A DNA stretch of 64,000 nucleotides from Cenarchaeum sp. (GTDB taxonomy: Archaea; Thermoproteota; Nitrososphaeria; Nitrososphaerales; Nitrosopumilaceae), in assembly GCA_963693095.2 (NCBI GenBank), contig OY843768.1:1440001-1504000 (forward strand). Direction: 5' to 3'. A program made the translations under genes and the position numbers. Shown here one piece after another: positions 9,174-18,107 of the stretch. Under the pieces are notes generated by a model that was given only the letters and a program-made list of their open reading frames with translations, did not search any database and had not been told where the DNA came from. Positions within the stretch are counted from its first letter, which is position 1. Each line of letters begins with the position of its first letter.

Positions 9174-9728
9174 CTATGCCCGCGAGGCCTCGATTAGTAG
9201 GAGGGTCTCAAAGAACATCTTTTTTGACATGACCGTGCGCGTCAGGAGGCCAGACGAGCGCGCCAGGTTGACTAGCTCCTCGGGGTGCGAGAGCGATGAC
9301 GTGACAAAGAGAAAGCGCCCGCCGCGCGCAATTCGCGGGATAGCCGAGCGCATTATGCGCAGCGGGACCTCGACGCCGCCGCGTCCGCCATCAGTCGCGT
9401 GGACCTCGACGGAGTCTGACTCGACATAGGGCATGTTGCATATGACAAGCTCAAAGTCTCCCCGCAGCGCGCCGGCACCGTCACAGCAGACGCGATTTTT
9501 CGCGCGAAATGTCTGCGTGTGCAGCGCGCCAAGGTTGATGTCTGTCGCGACGACGAACTCAAATGAACGCTCCAGGACGCGTGTCAGGTATCCGGATCCC
9601 GATCCTATCTCAAGGGCGCTATGGCCAGACGCGCCGACTAGGCCATCCTCAAGGAGGAACGTGTCCTCGGCGCGCGCGTACTCGCGCTCAGCGCCCAAGT
9701 GACTGCGCGATGCGGACAATCTCTCCAC
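9174..9728 (-). CDS. HemK2/Mtq2-like SAM methyltransferase
   Basis: AEDTFLL, LEIGSGSG, NMPY (NPPY-like), DGGRGG; start uncertain. Confidence 0.85.
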   Translation of the reverse strand: MERLSASRSHLGAEREYARAEDTFLLEDGLVGASGHSALEIGSGSGYLTRVLERSFEFVVATDINLGALHTQTFRAKNRVCCDGAGALRGDFELVICNMPYVESDSVEVHATDGGRGGVEVPLRIMRSAIPRIARGGRFLFVTSSLSHPEELVNLARSSGLLTRTVMSKKMFFETLLLIEASRA

Positions 9729-10407
9729 CGTCGAGCTCCTCTACCCGCCCGTCACCATCCCCCGTGCGCGGCGCCGCACCGAGTATCTGCAGCGCGCGGC
9801 GGAGCGTCTTTCTCCTGTACGAAAAGAGCGAGTTTATCGCATGAACGGTCTGCGCATCGAGCGTAGCGAGGCGGCGCAGCGAGAGTATGACCGAGTCAAC
9901 GCGAGGCGGCGGGTCAAAGCTGTCACGGCCAACGCCGGCGACACGCGATATGTCAAATGCCGCATTGGCGACCACGCTTATTGCGCGCCGGTCGCATGCG
10001 CGCGCAGGGCAGAGCTTGTCGGCAAACTCGCGCTGCACGATGACGGCCCCACGGGCAAAGCGGCGCTGTGCCATCCACTCAAAGGCACGCCGGCTCTGTG
10101 AGTACGGGAGGCTAGAGACAAAGACGTCAAACTCGCCATCACCAGAGAACGCATCAGCGCAGCGCAGCTCAAGGTTTGGCGTGTGCCCGAGGCGCTCACA
10201 GACGTCGGCGTGAAGGCGCGCATCAGACTCTACTGATATGACTCGCGCGGCGGCCTCGCAGAGGAGGGGGACGAGTGCGCCCGTGCCCGTGCCTGCCTCA
10301 TATACCGTGTCCGAGCCCCCCACGTCGGCAGCCGAGACCACTAGCGTGGCGGCCTCTGTGGAGGCCAAAAAGTGCTGACCCGCCTCAGCGCGCCGGCTGC
10401 GCGTCAT
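9688..10407 (-). CDS. rsmA: 16S rRNA adenine dimethyltransferase
   Basis: GQHFL, EAGTGTG, SSLPY, QREFA, FDPPPRVDS, RRKTL; archaeal rpl21e-rpo4-DUF655-ksgA-hemK gene order. Confidence 0.92.
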   Translation of the reverse strand: MTRSRRAEAGQHFLASTEAATLVVSAADVGGSDTVYEAGTGTGALVPLLCEAAARVISVESDARLHADVCERLGHTPNLELRCADAFSGDGEFDVFVSSLPYSQSRRAFEWMAQRRFARGAVIVQREFADKLCPARACDRRAISVVANAAFDISRVAGVGRDSFDPPPRVDSVILSLRRLATLDAQTVHAINSLFSYRRKTLRRALQILGAAPRTGDGDGRVEELDGGEIVRIAQSLGR

Positions 10408-10970
10408 CGCTTGACAAAGATGCTCATGCGCGTGACGCCCGTTATCTCGTCCATGACGCGCTGCACGATGCGCGTGATGGGATCCTTGAGACCCGCGCGC
10501 TCCTCGACGTCGTCATAGCTCTCAAACGGGCTCCTTGTGCGCTCGTCGATGATCGTCTTTAGGAGCTTCCTGCCCACGCCGGGTATTATCTCTAGGGCAT
10601 GCGTGCGCGGCGTGAGCGGCTCTGCCCTGTTGATGTACATGACAAAGCGCTCCTCGCTGTCCTCGACTATCTCACGCACGATGCGCGGGATCGCATCTTT
10701 TGCGCCGCTAGGTATCCGCTCGTACTCTAGCTTGCCGAGGACGGAATCGATCTTTGATCGACTCTCCTTGCTCACGTCAAGCCTCTCGCCGATCTCAAAG
10801 GATGCGCCCTCGCTGCCGAGAACCTCAAGGAGCGTAAACTTGTTCTCGCCGATCGTCGTAAGTATAATCCCCTTTTTGCCGCGAACCGTCATCGAGCGCT
10901 GGCGCGTGCGAAAGTCAAGCACGCGCACCATCTCCTCATACTTTTTTGGGACAGGGGCGGACAATACCAC
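10404..10970 (-). CDS. DUF655 family RNA-binding protein
   Basis: IGENKFTLLE, FVMYINRAEPLTPRTHALEIIPGVG (HhH); conserved position. Confidence 0.92.
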   Translation of the reverse strand: MVLSAPVPKKYEEMVRVLDFRTRQRSMTVRGKKGIILTTIGENKFTLLEVLGSEGASFEIGERLDVSKESRSKIDSVLGKLEYERIPSGAKDAIPRIVREIVEDSEERFVMYINRAEPLTPRTHALEIIPGVGRKLLKTIIDERTRSPFESYDDVEERAGLKDPITRIVQRVMDEITGVTRMSIFVKR

Positions 10971-10981
10971 ATTACCCTTGG

Positions 10982-11308
10982 TCAGGACTTCTCCTTGATT
11001 ATGGAGATTATCTTTTCAAGTGTCTCTGTAAGGATTAGCTTTTTCCAGCCGAACGTGAACGAGCGCAGCTCGGCCATCGAGGACGGGAGGATGTTGACTA
11101 TCTCCACGGCCTCCTCCTCGGTCAGTCCGCACTCCTTGACCATGCGCTGTCGCATCTTTTTGGCCTCATCTCCCTCGATCGAGACGAACTTTGTCGCATA
11201 GTCGCGCGTCCAGTTCTGTATCTGATCCATCGAGTCAGGATCCGCCTTGCCAAGGAGATCCTTGACCTCTGCTAGAGTGATCGGCTGCTTTTTGCGTATC
11301 TCCTCCAA
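10982..11308 (-). CDS. rpo4: RNA polymerase subunit Rpo4 (RpoF)
   Basis: ITLAEVKDLL, EEAVEIVNILP..ELR; lies between rpl21e and DUF655; TTG start inferred. Confidence 0.88.
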   Translation of the reverse strand: MEEIRKKQPITLAEVKDLLGKADPDSMDQIQNWTRDYATKFVSIEGDEAKKMRQRMVKECGLTEEEAVEIVNILPSSMAELRSFTFGWKKLILTETLEKIISIIKEKS

Positions 11309-11309
11309 C

Positions 11310-11612
11310 TTACAGCACCCCAAACGGCTTTACGTGATCAAGCCTGGTTATCAGCGTCTTTGACTTGTTGCCCAGCTTTACGTCGAGCGTGAGCGTGCGC
11401 CTGCCCACGTTGCGGACGAGGCCAACCTTGCCGTGATAGCGACGGTGCGGCAGGCCCTTGTGCTGCGAGGGGTCGATGATGACGAGTGCCCTCTGGCCCA
11501 CGGTGTACTCACGCAGGAGGAACGAAACGCCCCTGATGGCCCTTTTGGTCATGATCGAGCGTGACTTGTGGCGGAATCCGTGCGAGCGGCCCGACGGCTT
11601 TTTGGTGGTCAT
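11310..11612 (-). CDS. rpl21e: 50S ribosomal protein L21e
   Basis: SHGFRHKSR, IDPSQHKGLPHRRYHGKVG, DHVKP. Confidence 0.97.
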   Translation of the reverse strand: MTTKKPSGRSHGFRHKSRSIMTKRAIRGVSFLLREYTVGQRALVIIDPSQHKGLPHRRYHGKVGLVRNVGRRTLTLDVKLGNKSKTLITRLDHVKPFGVL

Positions 11613-11653
11613 TACAGGCCGCGTGCGCGGCTGCCTATTTTTAACACTTTTGG

Positions 11654-12865
11654 CTATTTAGCGGCCTCTTGGGGGTCTGAATCGCCTGATTCTGCCCCTG
11701 GAGCCGGTGCGTCAGGCGAGGCGTCAGGCGAGGCCTCTACTGTGGCCGCATCGTCGACCCCCGGCTCGGGCACGTCAGTAGGACCCTCGACCCTAGGGCC
11801 GTCATCGGCCTCTGGCTCGGGCGCTGCCTTTTTGACCCTCTTGGTGGCCGGCTTGGCCGCAGGCTTTGCGGCAACTACCTTTTTGGTCTTTTTGGCCCCT
11901 GCATCCTCGGGGTCGATCACTCCGGCTGCCCCGAGCGCAAAGAGAACCTCTTCCTCGGGATGGTGCGGGCTGTCAACCATGCGCGCAATCCTCTTCTTGC
12001 CGGATTTTTTAAAGTAGACTCGGTACGTGCTCGTGTGGGCCACAACGTTGCCGCCGACGGGACGCGTTGGATCGCCAAAGAAGACATCTGGTGATGCCAT
12101 GACCTGGTTTGTCGCTATCGCAGCACAGTTGTATGTCTCGGCGATGCGCGAGAGCAGGTGAACAAAGTGGTTGAGCTTTTGCTGCCTGGCGGCTAGCGTG
12201 CCCCGTCCAAGGTACTCTGACCTAAAGAGGCCCACGGCAGAGTCTGACACTATGAGTTTTATGTTGTTGTCCTTTATCAGGTTGCTCGCCTCCTCGAGTA
12301 TGAGCGTCTGGTGCGCGCTGTTGTAGGCGCGCGCAACTATGATGTTCTCGAGAACTTTTTCGGGATCCATTCCGTGCGCATTGGCGATTGTGACTATGCG
12401 CTCCGGACGGAAGGTGTGCTCGGAGTCTATGTAGAGCACGTTGCCCTGCAGGCCGCCCTCCTCGGGAGACTTTTGGACCATGACGCACATTGTGTGACAG
12501 AACTGTGTCTTGCCGCAGCCAAACTCGCCATACACCTCGGTGAGCGCCTGCGTCTCGATGCCGCCCTCAAAGAGCGTGTCAAGGCAGTTCGTGCCAGTGG
12601 TGATCTTGCCAATGTCCTGCCTCCTCTTGTAGATTTCCGAGGCGCTCTCAAAGCTCTGCGCTATGAGACCAGCGTCGGCAAGCTGCACGCGTGCCTTGTT
12701 GACTATCTTTTCGGCCGTGTCGCGGTCCATGCCGGTGATCTCGGTGATCTCGACGGGACCCCTGACTACGAGGTCCATCATGTTGTGAACCCCGGCGTCG
12801 GTGAGTTTCTTCGTGGTGACCGGCCCGACCCCCGCGAGGTTCTCGAGCTTGTACTCGGCTTCCAT
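11654..12865 (-). CDS. radA: DNA repair and recombination protein RadA with low-complexity C-terminal tail
   Basis: N-terminal HhH (LAGVGP), Walker A GEFGCGKTQ, YIDSEHTFRPERI, GRGTLAARQQKL, RIARMVDSPH. Confidence 0.97.
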   Translation of the reverse strand: MEAEYKLENLAGVGPVTTKKLTDAGVHNMMDLVVRGPVEITEITGMDRDTAEKIVNKARVQLADAGLIAQSFESASEIYKRRQDIGKITTGTNCLDTLFEGGIETQALTEVYGEFGCGKTQFCHTMCVMVQKSPEEGGLQGNVLYIDSEHTFRPERIVTIANAHGMDPEKVLENIIVARAYNSAHQTLILEEASNLIKDNNIKLIVSDSAVGLFRSEYLGRGTLAARQQKLNHFVHLLSRIAETYNCAAIATNQVMASPDVFFGDPTRPVGGNVVAHTSTYRVYFKKSGKKRIARMVDSPHHPEEEVLFALGAAGVIDPEDAGAKKTKKVVAAKPAAKPATKRVKKAAPEPEADDGPRVEGPTDVPEPGVDDAATVEASPDASPDAPAPGAESGDSDPQEAAK

Positions 12866-13051
12866 GGCAGAGGGGTCAGTACGGTACTATAAAGGGATTT
12901 ACCTGAATGGCGGATTTCGGCGTGTTTCTCCACAAGGGCAAATTTCCTGTTTTCTATATAGATAAATCCTGCCCACGCCGAGCATCAGGACGCGCCAAAG
13001 TGACCACATCCCGTAAAGACTTTTTTAGAGCGCCCCGGCGGGCCGTTCCAG

Positions 13052-13684
13052 ATGGCAGATATCATTGCCAGGATCGATGGGCTCATCGAGAGAAAGAGCC
13101 TGCTAAAGCACCCGTTCTACCAAAAGTGGTCCGAGGGCTCACTTGACATCGAGTCGCTTGCCGGATACTCAAAGGAGTACTATCAGCTCGCGCGCGCAGT
13201 CCCGGACTTTGTCGGCTCGATAGTTGCCAGCGCGCCGTCTGGCACCGACACTGCCGAGATGGTCAGTGTAATGGACGAGGAGCGCGAGCACATACCGATG
13301 TGGGAGAGGTTTGCCGCATCGCTTGGCGCAGGACGCGAGTCGCTAGGATCAGGGAGGCCAAAGACAGTCGATGCAGTCAGCACCATAGGCGGCCTCATGG
13401 GATCATTTGAGGGCGGCGCGAGTGCAATGTATGCGCTTGAAAAAGAGATACCAAAGATCAGCCACACAAAGCTTGACGGACTAGCAGAGTTTTACGGCAT
13501 AACATCAGCAGACGCAACAGAGTACCTAAGGGTTCACACAGAGGCAGACATACGCCATGCTGCAGTCTGGAGTCGCATAGTGGCCGAGTCGCCAAGTCCC
13601 GAGACGATGCTCACCGTGGCCGACGCGTCACTCGATGCGCAAAACCTGCTACTCGACAGCTGCTATGAAGCATACTGCCAATAG
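13052..13684 (+). CDS. TenA/PqqC/CADD-like diiron (heme-oxygenase fold) protein
   Basis: SLLKHPFYQKWSEG, EE..H..W.RF, YALE, ISHTKLDGL, H..AD..H ligand pattern. Confidence 0.85.
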   Translation: MADIIARIDGLIERKSLLKHPFYQKWSEGSLDIESLAGYSKEYYQLARAVPDFVGSIVASAPSGTDTAEMVSVMDEEREHIPMWERFAASLGAGRESLGSGRPKTVDAVSTIGGLMGSFEGGASAMYALEKEIPKISHTKLDGLAEFYGITSADATEYLRVHTEADIRHAAVWSRIVAESPSPETMLTVADASLDAQNLLLDSCYEAYCQ

Positions 13685-14253
13685 CACGTCGTGACGTTTC
13701 ACGCAAGCCCCCGCAATACCAGACAAAACCATCACACTTGCATGGCTCTTGTGGCATTCCATCGAGCCGGCAACTATTGACTAACGCAGCGCCTCGCACT
13801 CCAAATCTGCGTTAGTCCTGGCGCAGGACGTCAAGAACGCCATGGCAGTCTGTCTGTCTCTAGTCTTGCGCACATGCAAACTGCGCGCACGCGCTGCCGA
13901 GTCCACACCATGTGCAATGCCCCGCATGCGCGCCTTGAGCGGGCTCATCAGCACTACGGTGGGAGGCCCGCCCATTATAGGAGGACGCCATGGGGGCGGC
14001 CAAATCCGCACCTCCAATATGGGCACAGTAGGGGCACGACTGTCCTGATGCCCCCTCATGCCAGGGCACAGCAGGCAATGCCCACCGGCGCGCACTGCCC
14101 CCAGCGGCCACGGCGCGGCGCATGGAGCCATCAGCATGTCTGCGCCCCTCCATCACGACCCAGGTTGCGCCATGGGAGGAGGGACACGTGCCGAGCCATG
14201 GGCGTTTGCGCGCGTGTAACATTTTATAGCAGCGCAGCGGCGCGCCGGAGCGT

Positions 14254-14327
14254 GGGCCCGTAACTCAGCTTGGTAGAGTAACCGGCTCATAACCGGTGAG
14301 CCACGGGATCGAAGCCCATCGGGCCCA
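14254..14327 (+). tRNA. tRNA with CAT anticodon, probably tRNA-Ile2 (agmatidine type) rather than Met
   Basis: GGGCCCG/CGGGCCC acceptor with A discriminator (Ile-type GGGCCC start), ACCGG-ctCATaa-CCGGT; TATA TTTTATA at ~14222. Confidence 0.9.
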
Positions 14328-14337
14328 CCTTCGCTAG

Positions 14338-14345
14338 TTTTAAAG
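14338..14345 (+). promoter_or_regulatory. Putative TATA box for the box C/D sRNA
   Basis: TTTTAAAG 22-29 nt upstream of the sRNA terminal stem in GC-rich context. Confidence 0.55.
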
Positions 14346-14366
14346 CGAGTCTTGCGTGCGCGCGCA

Positions 14367-14436
14367 GTCGGCTGCGATGAGGAATCAGAGTTAACCTGAA
14401 CTGACTGATGAAAAGGCATTTGACCGAGCTGCCGAC
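14367..14436 (+). ncRNA. Box C/D methylation-guide sRNA (dual guide, 23S rRNA H69/H70-71)
   Basis: Terminal stem GTCGGCtGC/GCtGCCGAC; C ATGAGGA (14377), D' CTGA (14396), C' TGATGA (14406), D CCGA (14424); ~12-nt guides complementary to conserved LSU sequences UAACUCUGA and CAAAUGCCUU. Confidence 0.85.
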
Positions 14437-14438
14437 GA

Positions 14439-15041
14439 CTATGCGCGCGTGCGCGCGCGTATCTCGCCCATGACACCATCATCAATCCTGCCGCTCGAGT
14501 GGAGCGCATCGGCGAGCTCGAGTATGGTCGCGACGCTCCGGAGCTCGACGCCCTCGTTTCGCAGGGCGTCGCCGGCCCCCTCGAGGCGGTCAACGAGGAC
14601 GATTGCGCCGCTGACGCCGGCGCCGATCTCGCGAAGTGCGGCGACTGCGTGCAGGACAGAGCCTCCCGTCGTGGCGACATCATCAACAACTAGCACACGG
14701 TCGCCGGGTGACACAATGCCCTCGACGGCGCGCGAGGTTCCGTGGCCCTTTGCGGACTTGCGGACATAGGCTAGCGGCTTTGCGGACTCGATGGCCATGG
14801 CCGACGCAAAGACGAGGCCTCCGGTGGGGATGGAGGCAAGCGAGTCAAATGAGCCAAGGCCCCCGAGGGCCTCGATCTCCCCGAGGAGCGCGCCGACCAT
14901 GCGCCTGAACGCCACCGGCGAGGAGGGCACGGCACGCATGTCGACATAGTAGGGGCTCCTCTTGCCGCTAGAGAGCTCAAAGTCGCCAAACTTTAGCGCA
15001 CCGAGCCCATGGAGCGATTCGGCGAACTCTCTAGGCCTCAC
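14439..15041 (-). CDS. pyrE: Orotate phosphoribosyltransferase
   Basis: KFGDFELSSGKRSPYYVDMR, RK..KGHG, VVDDVATTGGS, VDRLEGA. Confidence 0.96.
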   Translation of the reverse strand: MRPREFAESLHGLGALKFGDFELSSGKRSPYYVDMRAVPSSPVAFRRMVGALLGEIEALGGLGSFDSLASIPTGGLVFASAMAIESAKPLAYVRKSAKGHGTSRAVEGIVSPGDRVLVVDDVATTGGSVLHAVAALREIGAGVSGAIVLVDRLEGAGDALRNEGVELRSVATILELADALHSSGRIDDGVMGEIRARTRA

Positions 15042-15095
15042 GCGTGGCCCCAAGCGCGACGGTTTTATTTTAGTTTGCGCGCGGGTCGGCCGTAG

Positions 15096-16175
15096 ATGCC
15101 CGAGATATGGCTCAACTATGGCTCCACGGACACGGTACTTGACATAAGGGCCGAGAACCTCGGTGACTCGATCGGCGCGGCAGGCTCGGCCCTGACGGCC
15201 GAGGGTCTCGGCGAGAGGCTCGAGGCCCTAGAGGCCGTGATGCCCCCGCGCATCGTCATGCTCAACGCAACGCGCGCCACTGCCAAGGCCATCGGGGCGC
15301 TGCGCGAGCTGTGCGAGTCAAAGTCGACGCCGTTTCCGGGCATTCTCGCCGAGCACGCGCTAGTCGCGCAGGCCAGGGCCGTCCTGCCCGAGGGCATCAA
15401 TGTCGCCGAGTTTGATCCCGCCGGTGGGCCTGGTGGCGGGATTGCGTTTCTAGCCGAGGCCGAGCTCGACGGCCTCTTTGGCTATGAGACTGTCGCAACG
15501 AGGCTCCTGCGGCGGTTTGGCGGCGAGGCGATGCACAGGGCATACACGAGGCGCGCGGGCAACTCGCCGGTTCCCGGACAGGAGACGCCATGCATGGAGG
15601 AGGCAAAGTCGTTTGCCGCAGGCCTCGACGTGACTGCCATAGAGGTCATCGGCGGCGGTGACGGCATTGGCGAGATTGCCACGGGCAACCCCGCCGAGAC
15701 TGCAGGTGCGGCAGCACCCCTCGGCAAGACGCGCGCCCTAGAGTCCTCAAACCGCTCAATGATCCTGAGCACTGGAAACGCGCACAGTGGCGCGACGCTC
15801 TCCAGGGCGCTCCACTCGCTGTGGAGCTGCGCGCGGGCCGTGCCCGGCGGTGGCCTCGTGGTCCTCCTCGCCGAGTGCTCTGGTGGCCTGGGCTCAGAGG
15901 CCCTGCGCAGGTTCGTCGAGGGACGCATGACCATCGAGCGCACAAAGCGTCCGCCAACATACATGGAGGGCATGGAGGATCTCCTCTACCTCGCCGAGGC
16001 GCGCGAGCGCATGGCCGTCGCGCTAGTCTCGACCATTCCTGACCTCTATACCAGAAAGCTCTGGATGTCGTCGATCGACTCGACAAAGCTTGCACTAGAG
16101 CACATACTAAAGAAGGGGCCGCGCCAAAAGGTCGCAGTCATCGCAGACGGCGCGCACACGCTCCTTGGCGCCTAG
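15096..16175 (+). CDS. Divergent LarA/DUF2088-like (lactate racemase fold) protein
   Basis: N-terminal IWLNYG, GGLVVLLAECSGGLGS and C-terminal KVAVIADG resemble the LarA superfamily; catalytic residues not evident. Confidence 0.6.
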   Translation: MPEIWLNYGSTDTVLDIRAENLGDSIGAAGSALTAEGLGERLEALEAVMPPRIVMLNATRATAKAIGALRELCESKSTPFPGILAEHALVAQARAVLPEGINVAEFDPAGGPGGGIAFLAEAELDGLFGYETVATRLLRRFGGEAMHRAYTRRAGNSPVPGQETPCMEEAKSFAAGLDVTAIEVIGGGDGIGEIATGNPAETAGAAAPLGKTRALESSNRSMILSTGNAHSGATLSRALHSLWSCARAVPGGGLVVLLAECSGGLGSEALRRFVEGRMTIERTKRPPTYMEGMEDLLYLAEARERMAVALVSTIPDLYTRKLWMSSIDSTKLALEHILKKGPRQKVAVIADGAHTLLGA

Positions 16176-16207
16176 TGCCACGCGGGCATCCATCTGTCAT
16201 GGGTTCC

Positions 16208-17311
16208 CTAGATGAGGCCCATGAGGGGCACTAGGATCGCGTCCGGGAGCGGCGCGCACAGGAACGCCAGGACCGCCATTGCCGCAAAGGCGGCCTTTCT
16301 TCCGGCCGGCAGGGGCGAGACGTCATCGAGCGGCTCAGCGCCAGGGCTCCTCATCGAGAGCACGACGATGAGTATGGCCATCGGATAGTAGCCGAGCGCG
16401 GCAAGGACTGCGACGCTGCCGTACGTCGCGTATCGATGCGCCTTGCGCCCGAGAAGAACCCTTGCCATGTGGCCACCGTCGAGCTGCCATGCGGGCAGCA
16501 TGTTTAGAAACGTGATGAAAAACCCAACCCATGCGGCGAATATGACCGGCGTGACTATGATCGTCATGCCATCACCGCCGTTGCCAAACGCCTCAAGTGC
16601 GGCATACATCAGCAGGGGCTGGCCGAGCATCCATGGGTCAAGCCGCATCATTGCGGCCTCCTCGTTCGTTATCGCCGGTGCAGTCGCCGCGCCGACGACC
16701 ATGACGATGATGGCGACTGCGAGGCCGGCGATCGGGCCGGCGATCGCGACATCAAAGAGTATCCTCCTGTTCACCGTCACGCCGCGTGACTGGATAAACG
16801 CGCCAAACGTCGGTATGCCGATGATCGGCAGGCCGGGTATAAAGTATGGCCATGTCGTCCGGAGTCGGTGGTGCCATGATGCCGCCAGGTGCCCAAGCTC
16901 GTGCATCCCGAGGATGCCAAGGAGCGCCAGCGTGTACACTATGGCAACTGCGATGGGGTCGCCTATATGGGCAATCTCGTTTGTCGCCTGGGCCTTGTGC
17001 GCGCCATCGACCATCACAAAGGCCACGACGATGGCAAAGAGCGCGCGTGGAACCCACGGCGACGTGAAAAAGAAGCCCTGCGAGCGCTGCTCCACGCGCT
17101 GGGCGAGTATGCTCGTCTGTCCGGCACTTGACTCGACCCTGCACACGACATCGGTTCCGTCTAGCATGCGCGTCAGGCTCACAAACTTCTCCTCAATATC
17201 GCCCTCGGCGACGCTGATTCTCACAATCCCGTTCTCCTCAGAGACCGAGTCGACAGTCATCAGCGAGGAGACCATGTCCACCACGTCCTGGGCGCTCGGG
17301 CTCCTTACCAC
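16208..17311 (-). CDS. Site-2 protease (peptidase M50) family intramembrane metalloprotease
   Basis: HELGH, PYFIP, TFGAFI, IAGPIAG, NMLPAWQLDGGH; GTG start inferred. Confidence 0.93.
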   Translation of the reverse strand: MVRSPSAQDVVDMVSSLMTVDSVSEENGIVRISVAEGDIEEKFVSLTRMLDGTDVVCRVESSAGQTSILAQRVEQRSQGFFFTSPWVPRALFAIVVAFVMVDGAHKAQATNEIAHIGDPIAVAIVYTLALLGILGMHELGHLAASWHHRLRTTWPYFIPGLPIIGIPTFGAFIQSRGVTVNRRILFDVAIAGPIAGLAVAIIVMVVGAATAPAITNEEAAMMRLDPWMLGQPLLMYAALEAFGNGGDGMTIIVTPVIFAAWVGFFITFLNMLPAWQLDGGHMARVLLGRKAHRYATYGSVAVLAALGYYPMAILIVVLSMRSPGAEPLDDVSPLPAGRKAAFAAMAVLAFLCAPLPDAILVPLMGLI

Positions 17312-17579
17312 GTTGAGCCCCGCGCGCGTGCGGCAATTAATGGCTTTTGGGCATGAGCCCGCATGGCCGCACGCAGCCGTGGCGCGGTGCAGGGCTCTCC
17401 CGAGGGGGCACGGGCAGGCCCCATGGCCAGGGAGCCAGATCGCAGGAAGGGGCGAGTGGGCCATGGCAGGGCAGGATGCCTGCTGCGCGACCCTGTGCGG
17501 TCTGGCGGTCATGTGGACGCAGGGCCACAGGGTTGCCGAATTGCCTTCATACTTTAAATAAGGACATTCTGGGGGCGGT

Positions 17580-17888
17580 TTGAAAATGAAGCGCGCAATG
17601 CCCGTTATCCTGACCCTAGTGGCGCTTTCGATCGCATCATTTGCCGGAACTGCGCACGCGCAGGGCGCAGGCGAGGACTCTACGGGACTAAAGCTCTTTG
17701 GCGCAGGCCTGGCCTTTGGCCTAGCCGCATTTGGGGCAGGAATCGGCCTCGGGCAGGTGGGTGCAGCCGGCCTGGCAGTCATCAGCGAAAACCCCGCTCT
17801 CCAGTCAAAGGTCTTCATATTCGTCGGCATGGTCGAGTCAATCGCGATATATGGCATCGTCATGATGTTCATCATACTCGGCCAATAG
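17580..17888 (+). CDS. atpK: A/V-type ATP synthase subunit K (proteolipid c)
   Basis: AGLAFGLAAFGAGIGLG, ENP, conserved Glu in MVESIAIYG; N-terminal leader; TATA TTTAAATA at ~17553. Confidence 0.93.
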   Translation: MKMKRAMPVILTLVALSIASFAGTAHAQGAGEDSTGLKLFGAGLAFGLAAFGAGIGLGQVGAAGLAVISENPALQSKVFIFVGMVESIAIYGIVMMFIILGQ

Positions 17889-18107
17889 GCCAGCCTAACT
17901 TTTGCCCACCAGATCTCCTACTCTTGGCGTGCCTTGTCACACAGGCTAGGGGTTCCTGGCCTCTCGAGTCGGTCTATTCCAGAGCTCTCAGTCATGACGG
18001 GCAGTGCCCCACAGGTGCCTTGTACGAAAAGTAGTGGACTGGGCACGGGTGCTTGCCGGGGGCGTCCAGATCCAGGACTCGCCTTCCCACACGGCGCGCT
18101 GTGCGCC

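Noticed and set aside
13781-14263. Track ORFs in the gap before tRNA-Ile2
   Set aside because: Overlapping ORFs on both strands with Arg/Ala/Pro-rich random composition and no recognisable domains
14254-14327. Initiator tRNA-Met
   Set aside because: Lacks the A1-U72 pair and the three consecutive G-C anticodon-stem pairs (GGG/CCC); the GGGCCC start fits the Ile type
17340-17550. SRP or RNase P RNA in the GC-rich gap upstream of atpK (also 17890-18100)
   Set aside because: No SRP helix 8 motif or RNase P conserved-region motifs found, and the gaps are too short
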